Origin: an uncultured delta proteobacterium
GTDB taxonomy: Bacteria; Desulfobacterota; Binatia; Binatales; Binataceae
Assembly: GCA_963765675.1 (NCBI GenBank)
Contig: CAVXXK010000001.1
Coordinates: 1,152,001 to 1,216,000 of the forward strand
Length of the DNA stretch: 64,000 bases
Direction: 5' to 3'
Part shown: in pieces, positions 42,010-51,975 of the stretch
Layout: every line of letters begins with the position of its first letter
How positions within the stretch are numbered: the stretch's first letter is position 1
Program-made: the position numbers and the translations under genes
Notes under the pieces: generated by a model
Told to the model about the DNA's origin: nothing
The model's input: the letters and a program-made list of their open reading frames with translations, nothing else
Databases searched by the model: none

Positions 42010-42324
42010 TTAGTTGCCAATTGTCTGACTCTGGACAAAGACGCTGCCCTTCGGCCCGATTCGAACGCACTCGCCCTGGCCAGTGTAATCGGGGCTGCAC
42101 ACCGGTTTGTCAGCCGCCGGACACTTATAGAGCCCCGCGCCGAGCTGCTGGCATTTGCTCAGATCGAAATGCAACTCGGTTTGTGCCAGGGCAGCTTGCT
42201 GGGACGCCGGCTGAGGCTCGGACGAAGAGCAACCGCAGAGTAGCAGAAGCCCCAGCACTGCGAAGGCTATAGCTATTCGCTTCGCCGTGTGTTCCACCCT
42301 AGTTCCTGTATTTGAGTCCGTCAT
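42010..42324 (-). CDS. Small Cys-containing lipoprotein
   Basis: RBS AAGGAAGG + ATG 42324; lipobox LCGC; four further Cys. Confidence 0.7.
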   Translation of the reverse strand: MTDSNTGTRVEHTAKRIAIAFAVLGLLLLCGCSSSEPQPASQQAALAQTELHFDLSKCQQLGAGLYKCPAADKPVCSPDYTGQGECVRIGPKGSVFVQSQTIGN

Positions 42325-42489
42325 CGAGGTTCCTTCCTTGCGTTTTGATCCGTTTTCGCGTTTGAGCGTAACACTGTAGGTGCAAGGGCGTGTGGTTTTT
42401 CGCGTTCTAAAGGCTATTTCTTTCGTGGGCAGCAGCCCGCAATACTGACGGCCGGTCTCAATAGACCGCCCGTTAGATTGCGTATTCAC

Positions 42490-44169
42490 CTATTGACCTT
42501 CATGCTGCTTCATCATTTCCTCGACCTGAGCTTTCACAGCTTGAAGGTTGAAAGTGGCCGGCGCCTGCATCGGAGGATAGTCGATAGCCGACATCGCGAG
42601 TTTCTGGACGTACTTTTGTACCATCACGAAGCGCCAGAACTCGCGTGCCATGAAGTCATTCATGTAACCTCCGCCCATTTCGTTTAGGCTCTCGCCGCGG
42701 AGATCCGGCGTACGCTCGAATGGATCTTGGCGGAGATTTACGATGGTGGGCATGTCGGTGGTGACCTTCTCCCCAGGCCATCCGTTTGGTTGCTGGACGA
42801 ACTGGTACTTGAAGTCATCGATGCGCACGGCTCCGAGGTGTGGTCCGCCGAAGTAAAAGATCTCGTGGCGCCTCGATTCACCTTTGCCATTAATCAAATC
42901 GATCTGGTTATAACCATCGAGGTGGTTCTTGTACTCGCGATCGCCGAGTGTCACTCCTTTCAGGAGTTGATCGGTGATATTGGCATTGCCAGCTGCCGCC
43001 GAGAGCGTGGGTAGCCAGTCGAGTCCGGAGAAGATACCGTTCTCAACTCGGCCAGGTTGAATGTGGCCCGGCCAGCGCACGATACATGGTACCCGGAAAC
43101 CCCCTTCAAAGGTGGTGCCTTTGGTGGCTTTGAACGGGGTCATGCCGCCGTCGGGCCAGGTGAAGACTTCGGCGCCGTTGTCCGTGGTGAAGATGACTAT
43201 GGTGTTGTCAGCCTCGCCAATGTCATCGATGTGCTTGAGGAGCGCGCCGACACTGTCATCCATCTGCGCCATGCCGGCCTCTTCGACGTTGTAATTATTC
43301 TTTGCGTTCATCATCGCCTGATACTTCGGCGGAAGGTAGGTAAAGACGTGCATGCGAGTAGTATTGTGCCAGATGAAGAATGGCTTCCCGTCGCTCTTGG
43401 CCTTGTCCATGAAGCGATCGGTGTTCTGGACCAATACGTCATCGAATGTCTCCATGTCGTATTTTGCCTGACGACCCTCCTGCCAGTTTTGCAGGTCTTT
43501 CATATTGGGAAATGGCGCAAGCGGACCCTCATCCTTAATCTTCTGTTTTCCGACCTTGCCCCAGCGCGGCATCACACTAGTGTCGTCGGTGTCCGAGGCC
43601 CAGCAGTGCGTGAGATTGCGCGGCCCGGTCTTGTCTATCCAGTCCTGGGGGTAGTCGAACCAGTACGGATCTGACATCGCGTCGAGGTGGTACAAATAGC
43701 CGAAGAATTCGTCAAAGCCGTGCACGCACGGAAGGTATTTGTTCAGATCTCCAAGATGGTTCTTGCCGAACTGGGCAGTTTCGTAGCCCTGTGCCTTCAG
43801 GATGGTGGCCAGAGTGACGGCCTGAGCCGGCAGCCCCACGTCAGCGCCGGCCTGCCCAACGGTTGTCAAACCGGTACGTAGGGGTAACTCACCGGTGATG
43901 AAATTGGCCCGTCCTGCGGTACAGCTCGCCTCGGCATAGTAATCGGTAAAAATCATGCCTTGGGATGCTAGTTTGTCGAGATTCGGCGTCTTGCCAGACA
44001 TGATTCCACGGTGGTAAGCGCCGATGTTAAACCATCCGACGTCGTCGCCCATGATGACGATAATGTTGGGCTTTTTGTCCTGAGCCCACGCCAAGTGCGC
44101 GATGGGCAGGATCATGACTACGCCGAGCAGCATCGCAATAGCGAAATATCTGGGTTTCGAACCAAACAT
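42490..44169 (-). CDS. Secreted Cys-type arylsulfatase
   Basis: PNIIVIMGDDVG, SCTAGRANFITG, GKNHLG, TTDNG, KGTTFEGGFRVP; RBS AGGAGG. Confidence 0.95.
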   Translation of the reverse strand: MFGSKPRYFAIAMLLGVVMILPIAHLAWAQDKKPNIIVIMGDDVGWFNIGAYHRGIMSGKTPNLDKLASQGMIFTDYYAEASCTAGRANFITGELPLRTGLTTVGQAGADVGLPAQAVTLATILKAQGYETAQFGKNHLGDLNKYLPCVHGFDEFFGYLYHLDAMSDPYWFDYPQDWIDKTGPRNLTHCWASDTDDTSVMPRWGKVGKQKIKDEGPLAPFPNMKDLQNWQEGRQAKYDMETFDDVLVQNTDRFMDKAKSDGKPFFIWHNTTRMHVFTYLPPKYQAMMNAKNNYNVEEAGMAQMDDSVGALLKHIDDIGEADNTIVIFTTDNGAEVFTWPDGGMTPFKATKGTTFEGGFRVPCIVRWPGHIQPGRVENGIFSGLDWLPTLSAAAGNANITDQLLKGVTLGDREYKNHLDGYNQIDLINGKGESRRHEIFYFGGPHLGAVRIDDFKYQFVQQPNGWPGEKVTTDMPTIVNLRQDPFERTPDLRGESLNEMGGGYMNDFMAREFWRFVMVQKYVQKLAMSAIDYPPMQAPATFNLQAVKAQVEEMMKQHEGQ

Positions 44170-44191
44170 TGGAATCCTCCTGACGCTCTTT

Positions 44192-44926
44192 TCAGTGGGA
44201 GGTCGATGTCTGAACGCCGAACGATACCAGACGTTGATCCGTCAGCTCGGCCCAGTAGTCGATGGCGTGCTCAGCATCGCCCCACTGGAACACCGTTACG
44301 TTGGTGACGGACGTTCCCCCGACCCGCTTGTCAACCGCGGCCGCTAGCAACTGTCCCGATGTGGAATCGTTCAGCTTAAGCGCTCCTTGCGCTGAACCTA
44401 CGAACGCGTATGTGCCCGTGGCCGCCATCTTTATCAAGCTGAGCGCGCGAGCCTGAGGGACTATGACTGAAACGCTACGCAAAACGGGTACAGCTGAGGT
44501 GGCGTCGGTCAAAGCGACGGAGAGCTTCAACACGCCCGGCCCAGGCTGATCGACGATGACGAAGTTCTTTCCAAGATCTTTCACCAAGACGTTGTATGTG
44601 TAGTCGCATAACGCCTGCTGGTCTGCTGCGGAAACTTTGGAATCGTCATTCGCCCAGAAGGTGACGGGAGCAATCATGATTTTGTTGTAGCTGTTCCAGT
44701 TAGCGCTCGGATTGACGTAACGGAGCATCGCCTTCTGGTCCGAGCCTTCTGCGGGAGGTGTCAGCAGTGAGTAGTCATTGCCCAGAAATCCAGTCGGCGG
44801 TGGTGCGGCCGGGGTTTCACCTGACGCGCGCTGGATAAGGTTTGGTTCCGGAGCGGCTGTTTGCGAACAGCCGGCTAGTAACAATCCAGCAACCAGAACA
44901 GATAACAATCCTATAGTGCTCTTCAT
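44192..44926 (-). CDS. DUF3313-family lipoprotein
   Basis: Lipobox LAGC; GFLGNDYSLL, YNKIMIAPV, ALTDA, DSTSGQLLAAAVDKRVG, WGDA..AIDYWA. Confidence 0.88.
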   Translation of the reverse strand: MKSTIGLLSVLVAGLLLAGCSQTAAPEPNLIQRASGETPAAPPPTGFLGNDYSLLTPPAEGSDQKAMLRYVNPSANWNSYNKIMIAPVTFWANDDSKVSAADQQALCDYTYNVLVKDLGKNFVIVDQPGPGVLKLSVALTDATSAVPVLRSVSVIVPQARALSLIKMAATGTYAFVGSAQGALKLNDSTSGQLLAAAVDKRVGGTSVTNVTVFQWGDAEHAIDYWAELTDQRLVSFGVQTSTSH

Positions 44927-45001
44927 GTGTCTTCTTTCCCGAATCATCGTTTTCCTCCGACTCTTTGTCTCTGTCGTTACAAGTAATAAACGCAACTGCG
45001 A

Positions 45002-46363
45002 CTATTCGCCCTCGCGCAATGCCCACCCATTGGCCGCTAGTTGCTGGCGGGCGAGAGGTGTCATCTTACCGGTTATCCAAAGCACGCGGTGCCGCAACTT
45101 TATCAACTGAGGATCAGTCGCAAAGCCCGCGATACGCTCGGTCCACGATAGGTAGTCTACCGGCGCGGGCAGTATCACAGCGTGATTCTGATCGTGTGCA
45201 ACCAACACGCCCGGAGCCTGAATTTTGGTAATCGGACTCTTTTTTCGGCCCCATTGATCGAGCATATGCAGCGAAGTAACCAGAAACCGCGCCTGGTACT
45301 CGGTCATCACGTTGGCCAAAGCAACCGCGGCCGCGCGACGTCCCGGAATGTCGCCGAGGCCTTCGAGGTCTTTGAGCGCGGAAACCTGCAGGCTTAACGG
45401 AATGGCGTTATTGCTGCCGAAGGCGGCGATCTCTTCAGGTGACAATCCTAGTTTCTTCAACTTCTTTTGAACCAGCAGAATAAGGTCGGCTTTCGGAGTC
45501 TGATAGACGAGATCGTCGGTGACCTCTAGGCTTGTAATGATCATCGACCCAGGGACTGCCAGCATTGCTGTATCTACGGTCATGCGAGCCGAGAACATTA
45601 CCCAGGCGACCTTGTTCAGTTTCTTCGTGAGTATCGGATCGGAAGAGTAGGGATCGACCCGAAGCTTTCTCGCGAGATCGCGACGGACTTGATCGTAGCC
45701 CAATGCGGTCAACGTGGCGTTGGCGGTCTCGCCGGCAGCTTTTCCAGTTCCGGGAGAACTAGTCGCCGACGTATATATTTGACCGGCACCTAGATTGACG
45801 CGGCCAAAGAGTTCTCCGACTCCGCTGGGCAATCCGGAAATCGTATCCATCGGATGGACAACCATGTTTGCAGTATCTGTGATCGGGCGTTCCGCGCTGG
45901 AGGCGAGTGCTTTGGCGAAAACGCCGGTCTCACTTATGTTCTCCAACTGCGCGATTGCCGGAATCTCTGAGAGGCGTATCTTCAATAGATCCAGGCTTTC
46001 GACGTAGTAGGTGCCCGCGTCGCCACGAAACACGCTAGCATCAGCGACGACGGTATATTGACCCATTGCGCCGTTTGTCGGCACCTGTGGCTGCACGGAA
46101 AATCCCGGTCCCGAAAGCGCGCTCGCGGGCAGAAGGTCGGATGCGTTGATGATCGGTGGCTCCTCGTACTGTCCGCCCGGCGCAGCGGCTTCGGGTGGCT
46201 GGATGCTCGCCATAGGCGAAGGCGGTGGTTGTTCAGCAGCGGTTTGCGCGACTTGGGTCGATTCGGGCGCGGCCGTTTGAGAACAACCCGCCAACAAAAA
46301 TCCGGCGAGGAAGGCGGAGGCCAGACTCGTTGCATGCTTTATCCGGTTGGAGTTGGGCTTCAT
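45002..46363 (-). CDS. Hypothetical lipoprotein
   Basis: Lipobox LAGC; RBS GAGGAG; LRVDPYSSDP.L..KL, PVDYLSWT motifs. Confidence 0.75.
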   Translation of the reverse strand: MKPNSNRIKHATSLASAFLAGFLLAGCSQTAAPESTQVAQTAAEQPPPSPMASIQPPEAAAPGGQYEEPPIINASDLLPASALSGPGFSVQPQVPTNGAMGQYTVVADASVFRGDAGTYYVESLDLLKIRLSEIPAIAQLENISETGVFAKALASSAERPITDTANMVVHPMDTISGLPSGVGELFGRVNLGAGQIYTSATSSPGTGKAAGETANATLTALGYDQVRRDLARKLRVDPYSSDPILTKKLNKVAWVMFSARMTVDTAMLAVPGSMIITSLEVTDDLVYQTPKADLILLVQKKLKKLGLSPEEIAAFGSNNAIPLSLQVSALKDLEGLGDIPGRRAAAVALANVMTEYQARFLVTSLHMLDQWGRKKSPITKIQAPGVLVAHDQNHAVILPAPVDYLSWTERIAGFATDPQLIKLRHRVLWITGKMTPLARQQLAANGWALREGE

Positions 46364-46439
46364 CTTCTCCTCAGAGTATTCCTCAGAACTGGGTCCTTCC
46401 GTTCACCACAAGAGTCGTAGGTTTTCCGAGGAAGCGATA

Positions 46440-46455
46440 TTGTACTTTGGTACAA
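46440..46455. promoter_or_regulatory. Palindromic operator TTGTAC-TTTG-GTACAA (copy 1)
   Basis: Lies between divergent 46363(-) and 46540(+); its reverse complement matches 56335-56355 over 21 bp. Confidence 0.85.
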
Positions 46456-46539
46456 TGGCGTATATGTCCGCCGCGGATGCAGAATGCTTGCAAATGGTGA
46501 CGGATCTGATCCGCACCATTTTCTCGCAGCCGGTATCAT

Positions 46540-46926
46540 TTGTTGGAAAAGAAATCGACGGCCACAATCATTGTTGTAGATGACGACACGTCGTGCCTGC
46601 GCGCGCTGCGACGACAATTGCAGATTCTGGGATTCAGCGTACGGGACTATCAGAGCGCGAAAGCGTTTCTGGCAAGCCAGGTTCCAACCGGCGACGTATG
46701 TCTGCTGTTGGACGTCTACATGCCGGGAATGACCGGGATAGAACTATGCCAGAGTCTGGCAGCCTCAGGACGCTGCCTGCCGACGATCCTGATAAGCGGC
46801 CGCGACGATGAACCAACCAAGAAAATGATTCGCGACGCAAAGCCGATTGCGAGCTTGCTCAAACCGTTCGATGAGAAGGACTTGCTGCGAGCACTCCGAA
46901 AGGCATTGCGACATCAGCGGAATTAA
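46540..46926 (+). CDS. Single-domain response regulator (FixT-like receiver)
   Basis: IVVDDD, LLLDVYMPGMTG, ISG, LLKPF. Confidence 0.9.
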   Translation: MLEKKSTATIIVVDDDTSCLRALRRQLQILGFSVRDYQSAKAFLASQVPTGDVCLLLDVYMPGMTGIELCQSLAASGRCLPTILISGRDDEPTKKMIRDAKPIASLLKPFDEKDLLRALRKALRHQRN

Positions 46927-47129
46927 CTAAACACTATCAATCGCGCTATACCATCGAATAGTTCTTTCGCGAATCTGCCCAAATCTCCAATTCACTATCC
47001 CGTAACTTTCTGACTTTGATACGACTGCGCCATTATTATATCGTCCGTAACGCGGACCACGTTCCGTGTCCTCTGTGCTCCGCCCTCTGATCCCTTTAAT
47101 TCGAATCTTCGGCGCACGGGTTTTATCTC

Positions 47130-48482
47130 ATGCAACGACTCCAACGACGAGCGACCAGCGCCACCAGCGAGCCAAAGTGTGATCGGGGTGTCAGCCGCGT
47201 CGGCCGGGCGCGCCACGAGACTAAACGCTTCGAATTGTTGGTAGATGAGTTATCTGCAGCGATGGCGTTGGCGCCCGCCGACGCAGTGGACCGCGAAGTC
47301 GACTCTTGGTTGGGCAAGATCTGCGAAGCGCTAGATCTCGACCGAAGCGCCATTTATGAGCGCGACGCGCAGGATCAGCCTGTACGCACGACGCATACCT
47401 GGCTTCGACCGGGGTTCCCGCCGTTTCCGCCGGACTATGATCCGGAGAAGTTCTTCCCGATGGGCACCAAATTGGTCATGACAGGTATACCGTCTACGTT
47501 CGCGAGTCCGAGCGATATTCCAAGCGAAGACGAGGAGACCAGGCGTTTCGTAGAGCGATACGGACCCAAGGCGTCCGCGGCGCTCCCGATGTGGTCCGGA
47601 GGCAAGATCATTGGAGCAGCAACTTTTGGCAAGTTCCGCTCGCCGCGAAAATGGACACCTGAACTTATCGCTCAATTGACTTTTGCGCTGCGAATCTTGG
47701 GCGGCGCGATCGAACGCAAGCAATCTGAGATGGAGCTCCGGGCGGTTCGCGCTGAACTCAAGGTCGCTTCGCGCCGCAACCTGATGAGCGAGCTCGTCGC
47801 CTCACTGTCGCACGAAATCAACCAGCCGCTCGGCGCGATTTTGAGCAACCTTGGAGGTCTCGCGCGTTTGCTTGCCCAAGGAAATCCGCAACCACAATTG
47901 GCCTTGGAATCCATCAACAATGCGATTGAAGATACGCAGCGGACGGCTGAGATCGTTCGGCGGATTCGCTTCATGTTCAAGAAACACGTGGAGCACAAAA
48001 CCGTAATTGGCATCGGCGCTTTGATCGACGACGTGATGAAGCTGATCGCGGGCGAGGCCGCTGTTCGGAAGATCTCAGTGCAAATCGAAGTTTCACCACC
48101 CGAACAACGAGTCATCGCCGATAGTATCCAGCTTCACCAGTGCATACTTAATCTCCTGATGAACGCATTTGACGCGATCGGAGACGCCAACTCAGAGCGA
48201 CGCGGCGTAACGATCAAAGTGGCGCCGGTGAAGGCCGGATGGGTCGGCGTCAGCGTAAGCGATAGCGGCAAGGGGATTGATCCAGCTGTCGCGAAGCGGA
48301 TGTTCGAGCCTTTCGTCACGACCAAAAGCGAAGGATTGGGACTGGGGTTGCTCGTCACCAAATCAATAGTAGAGAGTCACGGCGGAAAAATCTGGTCAAC
48401 CTCCAGTGATCGCGGCACTACATTCACGTTCACACTTCCGGACGCCAAAACGAAACGTGCGCACACATCGAGAGGCGCGTAG
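47130..48482 (+). CDS. Soluble GAF-HisKA-HATPase sensor histidine kinase (FixL/NodV-type H-box)
   Basis: SLSHEINQPL, NLLMNAFDA, VSDSGKG, FEPFVTTK, GLGLGL; no TM helix. Confidence 0.92.
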   Translation: MQRLQRRATSATSEPKCDRGVSRVGRARHETKRFELLVDELSAAMALAPADAVDREVDSWLGKICEALDLDRSAIYERDAQDQPVRTTHTWLRPGFPPFPPDYDPEKFFPMGTKLVMTGIPSTFASPSDIPSEDEETRRFVERYGPKASAALPMWSGGKIIGAATFGKFRSPRKWTPELIAQLTFALRILGGAIERKQSEMELRAVRAELKVASRRNLMSELVASLSHEINQPLGAILSNLGGLARLLAQGNPQPQLALESINNAIEDTQRTAEIVRRIRFMFKKHVEHKTVIGIGALIDDVMKLIAGEAAVRKISVQIEVSPPEQRVIADSIQLHQCILNLLMNAFDAIGDANSERRGVTIKVAPVKAGWVGVSVSDSGKGIDPAVAKRMFEPFVTTKSEGLGLGLLVTKSIVESHGGKIWSTSSDRGTTFTFTLPDAKTKRAHTSRGA

Positions 48483-48541
48483 CTTTCAATCAAATTGCAA
48501 TTGCGCATCTGCCGAACGCGGGCGGCGGCGCGCCAGTTTTC

Positions 48542-49237
48542 TCATTTCATACCGGGTTTTTCGGAAGAGTGAATCTCGAGGATTCCAGCCATGCGCACCA
48601 GGTCCGCTAGAGAGCCGGCGCCCATCTTGAACATCACGCTCGCACGGTGCGCCTTCACGGTCCGCTCGGTCGTTCCCAGTTCTGCTGCGACTTGCTTATT
48701 GAGCAACCCCGTTGTTATCAATCCGAAGACCTCGCGTTCGCGGGATGTCAGAGAATGACGGTGCTCGTCGAGTTCGACCCGCTGGCACTGTTCAGCACGC
48801 CTTTTACGAGAGAGATCGACGCCTCGAGTTATCGAGTTCAATAAAACCTGGTCTTCAACCGGCTTTTCGAGGAAATCCACAGCGCCATTTCTCATCGCGT
48901 GCATTCCAAGCGACAGATCGCCATGGCCAGTGATGAAAATGATCGATGCGTAGGGAACGATGCGGCTGAATTCTTCCTGAAGCTGAAGTCCGTTCATCCT
49001 CGGCAGGAAAATGTCAGTTACGATACAATCAAATTTATCCGCATCAGCAGCTGCGAGAAATTCTTCTGCGGCTGCATAAGGGACAACTTCAATGCCAGCG
49101 GTGCTGAGCTGAAAGACAAGTGCCTGGCGTACCCGCTGGTCATCTTCAATTATCGCAACTCTGGCCCGCTTGGTCGTACCGACAACTCCGCTGTCCCGAG
49201 CGTCTTTGGCGCTGCCACTTTGTCGAGTGCTCGTCAC
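48542..49237 (-). CDS. FixJ/StyR/NodW-type response regulator (REC + LuxR HTH)
   Basis: IIEDD, VTDIFLP, ITGHGD, FLEKP, LTSREREV..GLLNKQVA..LGTTERTVKAHR; GTG 49237 after GGAGAG. Confidence 0.93.
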   Translation of the reverse strand: MTSTRQSGSAKDARDSGVVGTTKRARVAIIEDDQRVRQALVFQLSTAGIEVVPYAAAEEFLAAADADKFDCIVTDIFLPRMNGLQLQEEFSRIVPYASIIFITGHGDLSLGMHAMRNGAVDFLEKPVEDQVLLNSITRGVDLSRKRRAEQCQRVELDEHRHSLTSREREVFGLITTGLLNKQVAAELGTTERTVKAHRASVMFKMGAGSLADLVRMAGILEIHSSEKPGMK

Positions 49238-49380
49238 CGTCGTCTCTCCCAAGCCAAGGTTTCTTGCGAAACGCCGAGAGATGGTAGAACTCTGACGAAG
49301 TTGAGGCAAATCGACTCTAGCCTCATATGGACGAATTTGGTCCTTCGCGGAACAAATAGTCTCCGCACCCCAGCCACAGG

Positions 49381-51822
49381 TTGACGTTGAGCAAGAAGAA
49401 GACCCGCAACAAGCAGCCGAACACCGCTGCAATCGGACGGCCCGCGCAAGCGCAACGGCCGGCGGCGTCAACAAAACCGGATCGCGCGCTCCGGTACCGC
49501 GCGTGGCGTTTGCCGCTGATCATCGCGTGCGTCGTTGCTGTCGGCATCCTCGCGCGTGGGAGGCGTGGGCCTGTGCCTCCAGTACTTTCGTCGCCGACGT
49601 CCCCCGTGCTCGAAGCGAAATTCGTTGGAGCCGCGCAATGTGCCGCTTGTCACGAGCAGGAAAATCACCTGTGGCGCGGATCTCATCATCAAATGGCGAT
49701 GCTGCCGGCCACAAACTCTACGGTCTTGGGCAAATTCAATCGCGCGAGTTTCAACAACAATGGTGTCACGTCAACTTTCTATCGCAAAGGCGAGAAATTC
49801 ATGGTCAACACGGATGGTCCGGACGGGATGCTTCGTGACTATGAAATTAAGTACACGTTCGGTGTCTATCCGCTGCAGCAATTTCTGATTCCCGTGCCCG
49901 GCGGACGGCTGCAAGCATTGGGGATTGCCTGGGACACCCGCCCGAAAAACCAAGGTGGTCAACGCTGGTTCTTTCTGTACCCGGGCCAAAAGATCACTTA
50001 TCAGGGCCCAAGGCATTGGACCGGCATCGATCAGAACTGGAATTTTATGTGTGCAGATTGTCATTCGACCAATCTGCGCAAGAACTACGATGCTGGCACT
50101 CGCACTTTTTCCACTTCCTACTCGGAGATCGATGTCGCATGCGAGGGTTGCCACGGCCCCGGCTCCAATCACGTGGCGTGGGCCAAGAAGCAGGGCGATT
50201 GGAAGACCTTTGCCAACGAAGGCTTGACGATCGCGCTCGACGAACGCAGTGGCGTCGCATGGCCGATCGATCCGGCCACCGGCAACGCACGCCGAAGCTC
50301 GCCGCGTCACTCGGAGCGGGAAATTCAAATGTGCGCGCAGTGCCACGCGCGTCGAAGTCAGATCCACGAAGATTATGTGCACGGTCAGCCAGTCGGCGAC
50401 GATTACAGGGTGGCGCTGCTCGATGAGGACCACTATTTTCCGGATGGGCAAATCAAGGAGGAGGACTACGAATATGGGTCTTTCATCCAAAGCCGGATGT
50501 TCCATGCTGGCGTCACATGTAGCGATTGCCACGAGCCGCATAGCCTCAAGCTTCGGGCCGCCGGCAACGGTGTTTGTCAGCAATGCCATTCCGCGCAGAA
50601 GTACGATTCGCCGAAACATCATTTCCACCAAGCCGGATCGGCGGGCGCGCAGTGCGTCGAATGTCACATGCCAACACGTACATACATGGTCGTCGATCCG
50701 CGTCGAGATCACAGCATCCGCATTCCGCGCCCCGACCTGTCGGTGAAGCTCGGAACTCCAAATGCGTGCACCAATTGCCACACCGATCGTTCCGCTGAGT
50801 GGGCGCTGGAATCAGTCAACAAATGGTACGGTCACGCCCCCAAAGGCTTTCAACGGTTTGCCGAGATACTAAATGCCGGATCAGTTGGTGCACCCGGCGC
50901 ACAGCAATCACTCGAAGGATTGGTCTTGGACCGCGAACAACCGGCAATCGCTCGCGCCACCGCGCTTTCGATGCTCTCGCAATTCGCTCCACCTCTGTCC
51001 GACAGAGCAGTTCATGCGGGAGTGGCCGATGATTCCGCGCTGGTGAGGCGCGCCGCTGCCCACGCTCTGTCGAATACAGATCCAAGTGGCAGCGCGAATA
51101 CTTTGGCGCCCCTTTTGAGCGATCCGGTTCGAGCGGTGAGGATCGAAACGGCGGAAGTACTCGCAGGCTTGCCTGCCGATAACTTACCCGCAGATGTTTC
51201 GGCTGCTTTTAGTCGCGCAACTGATGAGTACGTCGCCGCGCAGGAATTGAACGTGGATCGGCCCGAGGCGCATCTGAATTTGGGATTGTTGTATGCGCGG
51301 CAGAATCACCTCGATAAAGCGGACGCGGAGCTCAGAACCGCAATAGCGCTCGACTCGAGTTTCGCGGCTGCGGCGGTCAATCTCGCCGATCTTTATCGGG
51401 AACAGAACCGGGATGAAGAAGGCGAGCGCGTTCTGAACGACGCTATCAGCCGTTCGCCGAATGATGCTTCGCTCGAACATGCGCTCGGCCTGCTGATGGT
51501 GCGTCAGAAGCATAACGCGCAGGGGCTGGACTTGCTGGCGGCAGCCGCGCGCAACGATCCCGGCAACCCCCGCTATGCTTACGTGTATGCGGTTGCGTTA
51601 AACGACGCTGGCCAGACACGGGCCGCAATTGCAGCGCTCACGAGTTCTATCAAGGTGCATCCTTACGACCGCGATTCACTGGCCGCGCTGGCTGACTTTT
51701 TGGAACACGCAGGCGACCCCGCTAAAGCGCTGACCTATGCGCGACGCCTCGGTGAACTCGAGCCGGAAAATCCAGAAGTCGGCCACATGCTGAAAGAGCT
51801 AAGCGAGCGTCAGCACCACTGA
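49381..51822 (+). CDS. Membrane-anchored octaheme c-type cytochrome with HEAT and TPR repeats
   Basis: Eight CxxCH (CAACH, CADCH, CEGCH, CAQCH, CSDCH, CQQCH, CVECH, CTNCH), one TM, C-terminal HEAT/TPR. Confidence 0.92.
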   Translation: MTLSKKKTRNKQPNTAAIGRPAQAQRPAASTKPDRALRYRAWRLPLIIACVVAVGILARGRRGPVPPVLSSPTSPVLEAKFVGAAQCAACHEQENHLWRGSHHQMAMLPATNSTVLGKFNRASFNNNGVTSTFYRKGEKFMVNTDGPDGMLRDYEIKYTFGVYPLQQFLIPVPGGRLQALGIAWDTRPKNQGGQRWFFLYPGQKITYQGPRHWTGIDQNWNFMCADCHSTNLRKNYDAGTRTFSTSYSEIDVACEGCHGPGSNHVAWAKKQGDWKTFANEGLTIALDERSGVAWPIDPATGNARRSSPRHSEREIQMCAQCHARRSQIHEDYVHGQPVGDDYRVALLDEDHYFPDGQIKEEDYEYGSFIQSRMFHAGVTCSDCHEPHSLKLRAAGNGVCQQCHSAQKYDSPKHHFHQAGSAGAQCVECHMPTRTYMVVDPRRDHSIRIPRPDLSVKLGTPNACTNCHTDRSAEWALESVNKWYGHAPKGFQRFAEILNAGSVGAPGAQQSLEGLVLDREQPAIARATALSMLSQFAPPLSDRAVHAGVADDSALVRRAAAHALSNTDPSGSANTLAPLLSDPVRAVRIETAEVLAGLPADNLPADVSAAFSRATDEYVAAQELNVDRPEAHLNLGLLYARQNHLDKADAELRTAIALDSSFAAAAVNLADLYREQNRDEEGERVLNDAISRSPNDASLEHALGLLMVRQKHNAQGLDLLAAAARNDPGNPRYAYVYAVALNDAGQTRAAIAALTSSIKVHPYDRDSLAALADFLEHAGDPAKALTYARRLGELEPENPEVGHMLKELSERQHH

Positions 51823-51867
51823 TTTCGCGATCCAATCGAGCTTTCCGCCAATTTCCCTGGAAAGACA

Positions 51868-51883
51868 TTGTACCTTGGTACAA
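51868..51883. promoter_or_regulatory. Palindromic operator TTGTAC-CTTG-GTACAA (copy 2)
   Basis: ~90 bp upstream of pqiA. Confidence 0.85.
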
Positions 51884-51975
51884 TAGTCGTCTTCCCACGC
51901 AGTGATGCAGAATGTATCGTCCGTCAATGAAGTGAGTGCTTTGCGGATTTCGAGCGGCGAGGCGGCGATTGCTCA

